From Candidatus Omnitrophota bacterium (GTDB taxonomy: Bacteria; Omnitrophota; Omnitrophia; Omnitrophales; JACROU01), in assembly GCA_029261035.1 (NCBI GenBank), contig JAJDCD010000025.1:2926-66925 (forward strand): DNA of 64,000 nucleotides. The letters run 5' to 3'. The stretch's first letter is position 1. Each line of letters opens with the position of its first letter. The position numbers and the translations under genes were made by a program. This document shows positions 1 to 15,000 of the stretch, piece by piece. The notes beneath the pieces are model-generated. The model ran no database searches and was not told the origin of the DNA. It saw only the letters and a program-made list of their open reading frames with translations.

Positions 1-3000
1 ATAATGCGATTGTCTTACCTGCAACACCTGTCCCTCCAATAGAATCAAGTAAGGTCCCTGTAATATCTCCTACAAACAACCAATTGGTATTATTTCCACC
101 ATTAGTACTTGCAGCGTCCGTTGCTTGAATTGCTGTAGCATTAATATTATTACTATCCGTAACTGAAACAGCTAAAATATTTCGAGTTCCTTGAGGATCA
201 ATTCTCCATTGAGTTCCAGGATTATCACTCACAAGAAGTAAGCGGTTGGCTGCATTTTGACCATGGAGTAATAAATCATTCGCAATAACAACCGTTCCAT
301 TATTAGCAGCGAAAGTTAATGTATCACCCGTAGCAGAATCATCATTGGTTAAATCAAAGAAAGTTGTATTTCCTGAAGGAAGTGGTGTAATCGTTTGAAG
401 GGTTCCGTCTAAAATCACTTCTCCGTTATTATGATTAAACGTAGCGTTGGTTCCATGAGTAAAATCCCCACCTACATTTAATGTTGAAGAAGGTGATGTG
501 AAAATTCCATCGGTTAATGTTAAGTCACCATTAACGTCTAAAGCAACGGTTGAAGTGAAAGTATCCTCTGTTCCGTTAGCATCATTGATTAATAAATCAT
601 TATAAGCTGTGGAAACGTTATTAATATTATGCGTTGTTCCACCATTAGTACCTACAAATTCGGTGGTTCCAGAATTTGTATCATAAGTTGTTATACTAAC
701 AGTTTCTCCACCTTGTAATCTAAACGTACCGCTATTATCAAGTACATTTGCTGTTAAGCTTTGCCCCTCAATGCTCACAACGGTATTAGAGCCAATAGAC
801 AATGTTCCGTTAATTGTCGTTGCACCTGCTTGTAGTGTAGCTAATACAGCACTGGTAAATGTTAAGTTACCCAAAGCTGTTGTACCCCCAACAGCACCTC
901 CTAAAGTAACATTTCCAGTTGTACCTCCATAAACATGTAAGTTCTCAGCACTTCCACCAGCAGTACCATCTGTTGTTCCAGTTATTGTAATGTTAGCACC
1001 TGCAGGACTACCACCCGAATTTGTTGTGTCTAAAGAAATACTTAATCCCTCACCAAGTTCAACACTATCACTGATTGTGATAGCAACTCCTGAAGTAACG
1101 ATATCAGCATTTAAAACGGTTGTAGCTCCTGGGCCATCAATGGTTACGGCACCTGTACTAGTCAATTGCCCATCAATAATAATACTTCCACCAGGTTGTG
1201 GGGATCGAATCGTAATAGGGTCATTAAAACTAGTCGCATCCATTGTAATAGTTCCACTACCATCACTGCGACCAATCGTTATAGATGAAAAACCATCTTG
1301 AAGAGCTGTAATATCTGCTGTAGATAATTGTAAAGTCCCTGCCGCTCCACCAATTCCAATAGAAGTAGAAGTAGAAGCTGGTTGAAGAATCAAAGCACCC
1401 GTTCCTGTAACTGAGTTAGCCCCGCCAGTAAAATTAATTCCGTCTCCTGTTAAAGTCAATGTGTTAGTACCTACAATAAGGTTTCCTGAAAAGATAATAG
1501 TCCCAGTTTCTGTGTTAACGGCAACATTATCTCCCAATGTAACATCTCCACTAAAACTAGAATTTTCATTACCTGTATCAATATTGGCTGATAAACTTAC
1601 AGGACCACCGCTTTCGGTGAAACCACCTTCAGCCCCTAAAGTAGATCCAACAGGAACCGTCAATGTTCCTGTATGCGTAATCGATATAGCTCCACCTGAA
1701 GCAGGCACTTGACCAAACTCAGTGAAAATAATATCCGTAATTCCAAGTCCTGTGACACCATCAAAATCACCATTAGATTGACCTATGACATATATCTCTC
1801 CAGTCGATTGAACTCCAATCTGTCCAAATATACTACTAGAATCCGTATCACCTAAAATTACAGACTCTACTGGAGCACCTCCGGTTAGCGCGTGTTCAGT
1901 TAATAAAAGGTGACTATTTGCCGCATCAATATTAGTTAAAACAAATAAACTTGCTCCAACAACTTTAATATCAACACCTTGATAAAACTCCGTACCATCA
2001 CCAAAAAGAGTTGTAAAATCTAATGTTGGAGGTGTTGGGCTGGCTTGAACAAGGTATTTCATTATTAATGTATCTGCACTACCACCACTTGCCGTTTGAC
2101 CATTAAAATCATCATCCGCATAACCCGTCACATAAATATCTTCAGAAGCATCCAAGGTAATAGCATAGCCTCCAACATCAGAGCCATTTCCATCTAAAAT
2201 TGTCCAAACAAGCGCTCCTGTGCTGTTATTAATCTCAACCAATAATAAATCGTAACCACCGCTGCCTGTTTGACCACCAATATCATTATCACTGTAACCA
2301 ACTGAAAAAACTCGATCGTTCGAATCAATAACTAAGTCAAGCAAAGAAACATCTTCTGTGGATGCTCCAGAATAATTAGCCACAAAACGCTCAACACCTG
2401 CACTAGTATAACTAGCTGCAATTCCGAAACCAAAGAAATCATCGTCATCATATGTAGTACCTACAACATAAACATTGCCGGATGAATCTAAATCAATTGC
2501 ATCAGCAAAACCGTATTCAACAGTACCGTCTAACCCATTAATGAGTCGAGTCCACTGAAGTGTTCCACTAGAGTTATACTTGGCTATCATAGCAACTTCA
2601 GAATCTTCCCCAGGAAAACCATTAGACATTGGAAGATCTACATCTGTCAGACCACCGATATATACATCCCCTGCTGCGTTTGCTACTACCGAATAAGCAG
2701 CTGTATAACTGCCATCCCCTAAAAGTCGAGTCCATTGAACAACACCCGAACTATTCATTTTTATAGTAAAAGCATCTATTCCACCAGAATTTGTTTCACC
2801 ATTCAAATCACCATCTGTAAATCCAGTAAGATAAATATTGTCAGAAGCATCAATGAAAATATCAAACCCTGATTCTTCAAATGCAGTTCCAAACAATTGC
2901 GTCAAAACCCTACCCAAACCAGCAGGTGATTGATCTACATCAACAGCACCATTAAAATCAATATTGTTAGCTGAAGAAATCACTAAAGCCTCTAGTGGAG

Positions 3001-6000
3001 TTATTCCACCAACAGCGCCATCAAATTGGACATTTCCTGTTCCAGCCGTAACAGTTAATGCTCTAAAACCATCAATAGTAGAAGTGAAGTGAACATTACC
3101 AATACCCGTATTTGTATTAAACGTAGAGTCTCTTAGCAATACAACTGTTCCCGTAAGCGTAATATTACTGTTAGTTGTACTATGAGAAGAGCCTGGATTA
3201 ATCGTTGTTGCTGTAATACTTTGAACTCCAGTTGTAGTTGTATCAGAAGTAAAGGTAGCTGTTGTAGCTGATGTAATGGTAAAACTTGCTGCGTCTAAAT
3301 TAGCATTAACGCTAACAGCTGAAGCATCGACAACATTAACAGCTGCAAGAGGTGTAGAACCACCCACAACTCCATTCAAACTAATATCTCCTGTACCTGA
3401 ATCTAATGTTAAATCAAACGCCCCATCTATTGTTCCATCAAACCCAATATCTCCTGCTCCAGAACCCGTATCAAAAGTAACATTTCCTAACAAGACCAAG
3501 CTACCAAAACTAGTAATATCGGAATCTGAAGTTGAAAAAGTTCCAGTATTAAATCGATTGGTATCTGCAAAGTATGATTGTGTTCCTGTCGTTGTGACAT
3601 CTCCACTAAACGTAACCTGGTTTACAGAAAATCCTGTATCAATACTTGCTGCTGTGACATCAGCACCAAAATCCACATTATTTGCTCCATTAAAACTGAA
3701 ACTAATGGCTCCTACTGGAGTAGTTCCACCAATTTCTCCTTGAAAATCTACATTACTAGAACCCCCTGCATCAATGGTTAAACTTTGAGCACCATCAATC
3801 GTTCCAGCAATAGTGATATCTGCACCTCCAGTAAAATTATCACTATCCAATGTAGTTGAAGCCCCTAAAACAACAGCTCCTGTTAACGTGATTGCTCCAC
3901 TATTAGTATCATGAGAACCATTAAGATTAATTGTGCTTCCTGTGATGTTTTGCAATCCTGTTGAAGTTACATTTCCAGCAAAGGTAACCGTTCCTGTTCC
4001 CGCATTGATAGTAAGGCTAGTAGAAGAGCCTCCAATTACATCTTGAAAATCAATATCTCCTCCGCCTGCTCCTGTCGTAATCGTTAATACTCCATCCAGT
4101 AAAATATTCAATGAACCGGAATTCATAGTAATATTACTGTTAGTTGTTTGGACGGTTCCACCATTAAAACTTACAGCAAATCCAGTAGCCGTGTAGGACT
4201 GAGCTCCCGTTGTAATCACACCTCCAACATTTGAAAATGAAGACGTGCTTACTGTAACACTCGTTAGAGGAGTAGTACCGCCGACAGCTCCCAACAGCTG
4301 AACGCTACTACCATTAGAAATGTCTAAACTAAAAGCACCATTAATAGGTTGGCTCAACGTTAAATCACCTGACCCCCCTGTAAGATCAAACGTTGTATTT
4401 CCCACCAGTGTTATAGCGCCAGCACCGTCAACACTGATATCTCCAAAATTAGAAGTGAAATTACCTGATAATTGGACAGCTGTTGGAGATCGATACAGTT
4501 GAGTGTCAAACAACCCTGTTGTTTCAAAATCACCCGTAACAATGATTGTCCCCTGAACGGAGCCCAAATTAATATTATCTGTTGTTGTAACATTACCGTT
4601 GATTGTTACATCATTGTGCAAACTATTAAATGATAAAGCTCCAATAGGTGTCACATTACCAATATTTCCTGTTATCGTAACATCAGCTCCTGGCCCATTC
4701 GTAAATGTTAAATTAGATGCTCCATTAATGTCTCCATTAATCACAACGTTATAGTAGGTACCAGAACCAATATCACTAAAAGTAGTTGGTCCCACAAGCG
4801 TGATATTTCCATTGTATGTGTACGTTGCATTGGTTGTAGAACTCAAAATAGTTGTTGGAAGAATAATGGTAGTTGCTGTTACTGTTGGATTTCCTGTAAA
4901 TGTTGAAAAACCTTGAAAATCTACTTCGTTAGCACTAATAACATTCAAGCTATTAATAGTAAAGTTTCCTTGGAATTCAACATTACCGGTTCCTGCTGTA
5001 ATTGTAATATCTTCTAAGCCAGAAATTTGATCTCTAAAAATGACATCTCCGCCACCAGTCGTAAAAGAAACCGCTCCTTCTAAATGAATTCCTCCAATAC
5101 CTGGGGCTGTGTAATCAACATTTCCTCCGGAAGTAGTTACTGCTGCGTAGATATCAAAGGTATCTGAATCAATTGTTTGATTTCCTGTTGTTTCAACATT
5201 AATACTTGTAGGAGAACCAACAGTTCCGCCAAACATACGAACATTATCTGCATTATTAACGGTGAGACTTGCTAGTGGTGTTGTTCCACCAATTTCACCC
5301 TTAAACTCAACATCGGAATTACTATTCAAATTAACTGTAAGATCAAAAGCACCATCAATAGTTTGGTCAAAAACAACACTGCCTGCGCTGGTGGATCCAG
5401 CATCAAACACAGCATTTCCTAGTAACGTAACCATTCCACTAAAATCAATCGTTCCACTTTCTGAAGTGTAAGTACCTGCAGAAACATTGGCTGCCGCCGC
5501 AGTAATAAACATAGAACCTGATGTTGTAATACTGTCTGTTAAATTAGTAACGGAAGAAGAGGTAATATTTAACTGCCCTGGAGCTGTTGATGCACCAATA
5601 ACTCCATTCAATGTGATTACTCCTGTATTGGTACCAGCACTCAGTGTTAAACCTGCTGAAGCACCACCATTAATTGTTCCATTAATCGTTATGTTTCCAT
5701 CAGTTGCTCCACCACCCATACTTAAAATAACAAAAGTAGATGCAGGCAGTTGAACATTAGCATTAATAACAATATCTGCTTCGTCTGTAGTAATACTATT
5801 ATTTAAGTTTATTGTTCCATCTGAGGTTAATGTGATGGATGCATCATCTGAGCTTGTGATCGCAGCATTACCTGTTATTGATCCACCTGAAACAGGAGCT
5901 CTTAATAAGAAAGGATCACTCACAGAAAAAGAACCGTAAGTAATTGCATGTGTTCCATCACTTCTTCCAATTGTAATGGATAAAAACCCATCTTGAAGAA

Positions 6001-9000
6001 ATGCTATTTCGGCTGTAGTCAAATTGAATGTCGCTACTCCACCATCATTGATACCAATAGAAGTTCCAGCGCTAGCAGGTTGTAAAACTAAAGCTCCAGT
6101 TCCAGAAAGATTACCGCCAAGAGCAAGTCCATCGGCTGTAATCGTCATATCACCGCTACCAATAGCAATAGCGAAGGTAGTTGCTATAGTGCCTGTTGTA
6201 GAAGTTAAATCAAGGTTAGCTGTTCCACTCACAACAATCCCTGCTTCTCCATCCACAATCCCTACAGTAAATCCGTCAGAATCAGTAAAACTAAAAGAGT
6301 TGTTCGGGTCATTTATTTCTGCTGCTAAGGCATCCACATCATTAGCTTCGGTAAATGCTACAGTATTATCTGTAGTAATACGCAAAGCATCGACTGTAAC
6401 CGTTGACCCTGCTGTTTGTGTAACAGAATGTCCAGAAGTATTAATCAATGATAATACATCCACATTAGGAGGACTAATCGCTCCACGTACGGTAATATTA
6501 ATTGGATGAAAAACTGATCCTATTCTCAGTATAGGGGTTGTAATTGTGCTTAACTCACTATTATCAAGACTTAATTCACCCGCTTGTTCTAAACCTAAAG
6601 AAATATCTCTAGTTCCTGTAGTAGGAGTAATCTCAACAATGGCTCCTGGTGTTGTTGCTACTGTGTTAGCAGCTAACGACATAATATCAGCTATATAACT
6701 TACACCACCGCCACCCGTAATCGTTTTTGTAGCAGTTGTATTAATCGTTCCATTACTCCCTGCTTGAGATCGAATAAAGACTGTTCCTGTTCCAGCATTT
6801 ATATCTTCATTAACGGTAATAGTTCCTAGAAAACTATTAATGGTAATATTTCCATTATTTGTTGTAATACCACTAACTCCATCAACTGTGCCAATAGTAA
6901 TAAAATTATTATCATCAAATCTAAATTGTCCACTTGCTCCTGTAACATTACCAGCAATTGTTCCAATTTGGTTTTCATCCAATGTTGCTTCTGTTAAGTT
7001 CACGCTCGTCACAGCAGTGGCTCTTAAATTAGTTGCTGTAAGAATAGTGCTAGAACTTTGAGTAATTTGCCCACCAGAAACAAGAACTAACGTTGCTGCT
7101 GGAGAACTAAAATCATTATTAATAATAATATTTCCAGTTCCTTGAGATTCAAAAGACACTGTTGGAGCACTTAATCGAGAGGCTTTTGTGTTATCAAAAC
7201 TAACATCTCCTCCAAAAGTATTTCCCAAAGCAACACTTCCATCAACGCTTGATGGACGTATGGTTATTTTTCCATCACTTCGAATACTAGGAAGACCATT
7301 TAAATTATAATCATCAGCAACAATAGTAATGTCATCAGAACCGATTGTATTCGTAATTTCCATTAAGGAATCAACTGTAATTGTTGAGGTAGGCGCTCCA
7401 ATAGGAAAACTAATATTAATGGCACCTGCTCGGCCATTAAGATCTTGGCTGACCGTCAAAGTACCCGTATCAAGATCAATCGTAACCCCTTCAGCCGAAA
7501 TACCATTAATAGAATTAACGGTATCAACAGTAAGACTATTCGTATCTTTAAACGTTAACCCACCGGTAAAAATACTAGTAGCTAATGTATCTATATCATT
7601 ATCTTCTTGTAAGGTTGCTCCAAAAGATGAAATAGACAGATCATCCACTGTAATAACAGCTCCTGCATTTTGAGTAATCACACCTGTTTGTGATTCCAAA
7701 TTAGCTACAGCACCACTGCCGCCGCTACTAATTCCTGTAACCCCATCCACAATTCCAATCGCATAATTATCGGTATCTCGATAAGTAAGCGTGCCACCCA
7801 AAGAAGCAGCAAAAACAGCCACATTATTACTTGAAGTATCTAAATCAATATTATTCGATGAAATCGCGGCCACTGCTAAGTTAGTTACAACAAAACTACC
7901 AGACCCACTTCGAGTAATACCTCCAGAACCTGAGGAAAGAGAAAGTGTGGATACATTGGCCGGGGTAATAGCCAAATTAATATCAATAGACTGATTACCT
8001 GTAATTCTTAAAATATCTGCCGTAATCGTATCGATTTCTGCATCAGATAAAGCTAAAGTAGATCCAGAGCTACCTAATGTAATATCTCTAGAAGTACTAT
8101 TGGCATCAAGAATAGCAATTCCACCCGTTGCAAGTGTCGTACTAGAGGTGCTAATAGCCATATCATCTGCTGAATAAGTAACACCTCCACTACCACCGTT
8201 CACACTCGCAGTTCCATTTAGATTAAATGTATCTGTAGTAAGACTAACTCCACCACTACCACTGATTGTAATTCCTGTGCTAACTTCTATAATATCCGTT
8301 CCACCCGAAGATTGAAGTGTGACGGTTCCTGTTCCTGCAGTTACATTTTGACCAACCGTTATTGTTCCCGTTGCATCTATTTGGATATCTGCATTATTTA
8401 CAGACACTCCATTAACGCCTCCTAAACTTCCTATAACTAAATCATCTACCTCAACTATATTCAGATCTCCTCCAGCAGCCATCACACGAGCGGCCAATGT
8501 AGGAACATCTGTTTCAATAGCATCCAAACTACCTATCGAAGATTCTCCATCTAACAGAAGAATTCCTGTGCCAGAAATTGCTACATTATTAATTACTCCA
8601 TTAGAGTCACTTATAGAACCTGCAGAAATTAAAGAAAAGTTTTTATTCGTAGCCATGGTAACTAAATGTAAATTTGTATTTCCCGCACGAACAACTAAAT
8701 CATAACCTTCTGAAGATAAATTAGTATCACGGATATCTCCTCCCCCAGAACCAGCCGCTACACCAATAGTAACGGTACCTGTCGAAGCCAAAAGTGTCGT
8801 TAACTCACCCGTATCTAAATTAAAATTACCACTTCCTCCACTGAGAGCCACACCAATATTACCTACGGATGGTTCAAAGTTAACATCTCCTGAACCACTA
8901 TTGATAACTAAATTAAAATTATCAATGCGTGCCGCAATAAGAGTAATCGTAGTATTGTTTGAAGTAATGGTTGCCCCTGAAGTCAAAGCTGAAAATGCTC

Positions 9001-12000
9001 CAGCTCCACTATTATCACTATCAACATCAAAAGTGATTGTTCCCGTCCCCGTGGTACTAATGTCTGCTAATCCGCTATTCATTGAACTCCCATTAGGAGA
9101 ATTAATGGATATATTTCCATTTACTGCTGTAACAGGTCGTGTAATATTAACTATAGCCGTTGACACTCCTGTTCCTGCATTCATCGTAATATCACCGGTA
9201 CCTACAGTTGAAGTTGTTCCAGCAACTGATAAAGTAATTGCATCTCCTGCATTAAAAGTAATAGAACCATTACCACCACTAGCAGTTACATTTGCTTGAA
9301 TTGTTAAGTCATCTGTTGCAGCAGTTCCAGAAGCCGTGAGAACAATATTACCACCACCGGTATCCACAACATCTTTGGTAATAGTTAATGGACTTAAGGT
9401 TACAATTGAAATTCCACCACCATTTGTGAGAACACCAATCGTTCCACTCACTGTATCAACGATCATGCCACCCGCAGTATCCGTAATATCAATCCCTCCA
9501 GATCCTGTGTTAGCAATTGCTATATTAGTTACATTCACATCCACATTAACTGTAGTAGCCGTATTCATGGATAGGTTCGTTACTGTTAGATCAACGGTTC
9601 CGTCCCCAGCGCCTTCTTCAACAACACCTGCTCCAGAAACTAAATTTAATGTAGAAACATTAGATAAAACCAAAGAATCAACTCTGAGGTCTGCTGTACC
9701 CGTATTACCGATGGTAAGGCTTGTTGCCGTAATTTGATCTAATTGAACTTCAGAGAAAGTTAAATCCCCGGTTCCTCCACCCAAACCAATTGTTCCACCC
9801 GTCGTTGATGGTTCTAAAGTCACATTTCCAGAAGTAAAACTAAGAGTACTATTTAATGTAATCGTATCAGAAATTATTGTGGAATCTCCTGTTTGTGAAG
9901 ATAAGCTTCCAGTAGGATCTAAAACAAAAGAACCTACTCCATTATTGTCAGAATCTGCATCAAAAGTTAAATTACCGGCATCTGTTGTTGATACAACATC
10001 ACTAATTGTTATTCCATTATTCGCAGTGAATGACATATTAGAAGTTCCATCAGAAGAAGAAACACCACCTTCTCCCGCTATTATGCCAATGGACCCGCCA
10101 ATACTAACAAGATGAACATCTGCATTCGTTGATCCTTCATCAATTTCTGCTATCGTAACATTGCCTCCAGCAGAAATAGTCAACGCTTCATCCGATGTAC
10201 TCGTATGACTAATTCTTGTACCGGCTCCCATCGTAAAAACACCTGCCGTTGCTGTGATTTGGGTAGACAAAGGTCCAGAAGCTTGAATCAAAGCACTATT
10301 ACCAACAATAATATCTGTTCCTGCAGTTAATATAAGGTCGCCTGTAGAAGAATTAAAATAACTAACAGAAGCATTAATATTTAAATTACCTGACGTAGCA
10401 ACCAAACTAACTCCTAAAGCATCATTTCCTCCATTTGCAGCTGCCTCTATCGTTAAATTACCGGATGTCGTCACATGTAAACCTCCACTTGAAGATAGGC
10501 CTGAAAATCCTAAACCACCGGGGTCTGCAATAATCGTTAAATCACCTGTATTATCAATACTAATCGTATTACCTGCTATTTGAGTTCTTCCAATAATGCG
10601 TTGTATTTGAGTTTCTATTCGATCTGCTTCTGTTCCAAACTTTGTTGTGTTATCAATTACCAGAAGCCCATTCGATCCTGCAATTTGAACATTGTTTAAA
10701 GGGCCATTACCATCTACAATTCCTGTCCCTGTGCTATCCATATCAATAGTTAGTATTTTATCTGTGTTTAAAATAACTTCATTGATAGTGCCTGAGGTTC
10801 CTCTAACCGTTAAATTATAATCCTCACCACTTAAGTCCACATCTCCAAGAAGAATATTAGCTGCAAACCCGCCATTTCCAATAATCAATGTTCCCGTTGT
10901 TGCAAATACATCCAGTTCTGCTTGAGATAAATTAACTGAATTAAATTGTATTGATCCTAATCCATAGCCAATGCCAGAAATAGAAGCCGTAACAGTAATA
11001 TCAGCTGCATCTGCAGTTATTGTTCCTGAAATCGTTACATCATCTGCTCTGATTAATATACCGCCAGAAGCAGAAATAATAGAACCTGCATTATTTTGAT
11101 TAAAATTTCCTGTTCCATTAAAATCACTGTCTGAAAGAAGAGATAAAGCACCTGATGTGGTAACATCAGCGCTTGCTCCATTAAAGGTAATATCTGTTCT
11201 GGAATTAATTGTTATTTGCCCACCATCCGTCGTTAATGGTTGATTGATAAAAACGTCTTGAGAAGCTCCATTCTGAGAAATGGTTAACGTTCCCCCTCCT
11301 ACAACACTAACGCCATCAACACCTCCAACACTACCTATCTCTATATCACCTGTAGAAGTTGGAGTACTTATTGAAACATTTCCTGAAGTCGTAGTACGAG
11401 CTGCTACACTTTCAGTGAAAATATTGGATGGAAACTGAACACCAGAAGCAACACCGGTTACCGCATCAAAAAGAACCCCTCCACTTTGACCTAATGCAAC
11501 ATAGCCCACACCTGCAATATTAGCTGTAGAAATAAGTTGAAGAAATTGATCTGTTCCTAAAGTTATAATTTCTAAACTAACAGGACCTACTTCAATAAGC
11601 CCGCCTCGAATAACTACATCATAGAACTCTGTTGAAAAATTAATCGCCTGTATATCTACCGCCCCGGTTCCTGTAGAAATACCAATTGTTAATGTTCCTG
11701 AAGCGGTAATTTGAGTTGTTAGATCTGCTGTTGACAAACTAAAATCGCCTGCAGCTCCATCGGCAACAGCAATCGTTCTTGTATCCGTTGATGGTTGCAA
11801 TATCACATTACCCGAACCCACACTAATCGTACCCGTCAATGAAACATCTGCGGCTGTAATCGTAACGTTATTATTTGATAAGGTAATGGCGGCACCTGCA
11901 TCATCTAAAGTAAAATCACCTGTTGCGTCATCATTACTGTCTGCATCCGCTGTAAAAACTCCACCTGACGCAGTTACATCAGCTCCTGCATTTGTTAACG

Positions 12001-15000
12001 TAATTCCATCAACAGCAGTCAAGAAAACACTTCCATTCCCGGCATCTAAAAGAGCTGAAACAGTAAGAGCACTTGTTCCAGTTGCTGCTGTTAAGAATAT
12101 ATCTCCTGTTCCTGGTGAATTTAACGCTTGAAGGACACTAAGATTCCCATCAGCATCTACTTGGATAGAACTATTTCCAACTGCTGTAATTCCTGAAACA
12201 CCGTCAACTGTTGTAATGGTTAAATCATCAGAATCTCTAAAGGTAATAATTCCATCAAATGTAGAAACAGCTGCAAAGTCATCAGCATCATTACTTGTTT
12301 GAAATAAACTAATATTCTGTGCTGCTCGAGCGACAATACTTCCTCCTTGAACAGCTCCTCCAGTTTGACTAACACCTCCAATTCCACCTCCCCCACCATT
12401 ATCTGCAGTAATCCGAATCAATCCACTCGTACTAACCGTTCCTGAATTTATAATTACATTATCTCCAGCAAAAAGTTCAATCGTACCCCCCCCCGTACTT
12501 GCAACATTTGCTGCAATTGTTAAATGATCATCTCCGCCACCGTCCCCTGTAGCTGTCAAATTAATAGCTCCGGCTACTGAAATTGCAGAATTTACCGTTA
12601 ATGGCGAAGAAGCTGCAATGGCAATATCCCCAGATGTATTTACAGTAATACCCGTCTCAAAAGCAACAGTTGAAAGGGTTAAAGCCCCCGTATTAGAAAC
12701 AAAAACTCCTACAGTATCTGTTGTAGCTGAAAAATTTGAAACAGCTGTCAAAATAGGAGTTCCGGATAAACCAATCCCATCATCCACATCTATTTCTAAA
12801 CTTTCAACAGTAATAGTAAAAGCTCCACTACGAACAATATCTGCACTTCCACCTATTCTTAATGCGGATGCATTGGCAGGGTTAATATTATCGCTAATCG
12901 TAATTGTTCCTGAGTTAGCAGAATCAATTTGAATTCGAGTTGCTACTGTTATCGTATCTAGTTCCGCATCCGTCAAACCTAGCACGCCTAAAGCATCTGC
13001 CCCTCCCAAATTAACTTGAAGGCTTCCTGTAGGCGAAAGTAAACTAGCAATTCCTGCCGTAGACGTAGTTGTTCCAATTAAACTCATTCTATCTGCATTG
13101 TAGGTTATATTTGTAGCTGCTCTCAAATTTCCAGCAATGGTTAAAGTTCTATTGCTCAAAAAGGCTTCAAGCTGTACATTACCCGTAGTTGCTTCAACAT
13201 CATTGGTTGCAGCCGTATCCAATACTTGCAAATCACCATTAGCAAACACACCTACATTAGCCGTAGCAAGAACACCATTAACACCATCCACAGTTCCAAT
13301 ATTTAAATTAGCATTATTTCTAAATCTAAAAAATGCCCCTAATTTTGTAACAACACCCGCTAAAGTTCCCACTGTATTATCAATGTTGTTATCTAAATCT
13401 GCAGTTCCTGCAGATCGAATCACAAGTGTAGAAGCACTAATAACACCATTCGTTTGAGTCACTACTCCATCTTCTTGCGCAGTTCCCCCATTGTTAGCTG
13501 TAATTCTTACTAACCCACCGGAAGTTGTTATCGATCCAGTCGTATTGATAATGACATCATCTCCCGCCAATAATGAAATAGTTCCTCCCGTGGTACTCGT
13601 GACAGATGCCGCACTAGAAATAGTTAAATGGTCATCATCCCCACCATCATTTACTGCTTCTAAAGTAATTGCGCCAGGTCCAGAAACCGTTTCTGTAACA
13701 TTTAAAGGACTAGAAGCTACAATTTGAATGTCACCACCCGTTGTTGAAACTCCTGTAGTTGCTCCAATACCCCCTATTGTTAATTGACCCGTGTTACTGA
13801 TAAAGATTCCACTCGTGGCACTTCCGACTTCTAAATTACTTGCTGTCGTATTCAAAACTGTTCCTACAGTTCCAACTCCACCACCCGCTGTCGTCAAAAC
13901 AATGTTACTTGCTGTTAACGAAGTAGAAACACCCCCCGTAAGACTTCCTCCTGTGGAAGATAGAGTTAGAGTTCCAGCTCCTGCATTTATGGTTCCAGGA
14001 ACAATAGAAAATGCAGTAATACTAATATTTCCAGAAGTCGTATTAACAATTCCTAAATTATTAAACGAACCCACCATGGTGACCGTTTGATTATTAACAT
14101 TAAAAGTTCCTGAAGAAATGGTTAAGTTTCCATTTAAATTGAGGGCTCCTGCAAGTTGCAACGTTGAAGTCCCTGCGTAAATCAAATTATTAAAGGTACT
14201 ACCCCCCACTTCTAATGTTTGGGAAGAAGCCCCTGTTAATTGAAAAGTACCGCTACCAGGATTGAAGGTACCACTATTATTTAAATTACCTTTTAATGCC
14301 AAAGTTCCTGAATTCGATGCCGTAAAGGATCCTCCTGCATTAATGTTTAAATCGCCATTGATGGTGATGTTTGGATTAAAATTAGTTGCTGTTACATTCA
14401 TTCCAGCACCTACAGTCAGGTTGCCGTTGACTGTTAATGTTTGACCTCCTGCTGTACCCAGACGAATTTCTTTTGTTCCTAAATCAACCTTGATGATCTT
14501 AGCAATATTACTATAGCTTCCAAAGTAAGCGACTCCATTAGCAACATCAATTTCTGCTGTTTGTAAAAATTGTTCCGAACTCTGCAAATTAATAGCTCCT
14601 ACTCGAGTTAGATCAGAAAGTTGAACCTTAACAATATTAGCACCGCCGGAATTCATTCCGACATAACCAAATCCGGAAGCCACATCAATAACGAATGAAT
14701 GAGGGTTATTTTCATCTCCACCAAAATTCAAAGTAAGTTCATCAACTTGTGTAAAAGTGGACAAATCAATTTTGGCTAATTTGCCAGGGCTAGATGACTG
14801 GGCTGCTGTATAAAGAAAACCATTCGTGGTGTCAATGGCTGAAGATCTAACTTGATTATGTCCTGAAGTTAAGGTGATTGCAGAATCCCGCGTAAACGTA
14901 CTTAGATTAATTTTAACAACCACAGATGGATTTGCTTGTCCAAAAAAGTAAGCAAACCCATTAACCGTATCAATCTCTGCATTTCTAAATTGATTTTCAC

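Noticed and set aside
4411-4593. Minus-strand 60-aa ORFs at 4411..4593 and 16756..16941
   Set aside because: They are in a different frame from the giant ORF and wholly inside it: low-complexity off-frame artefacts.
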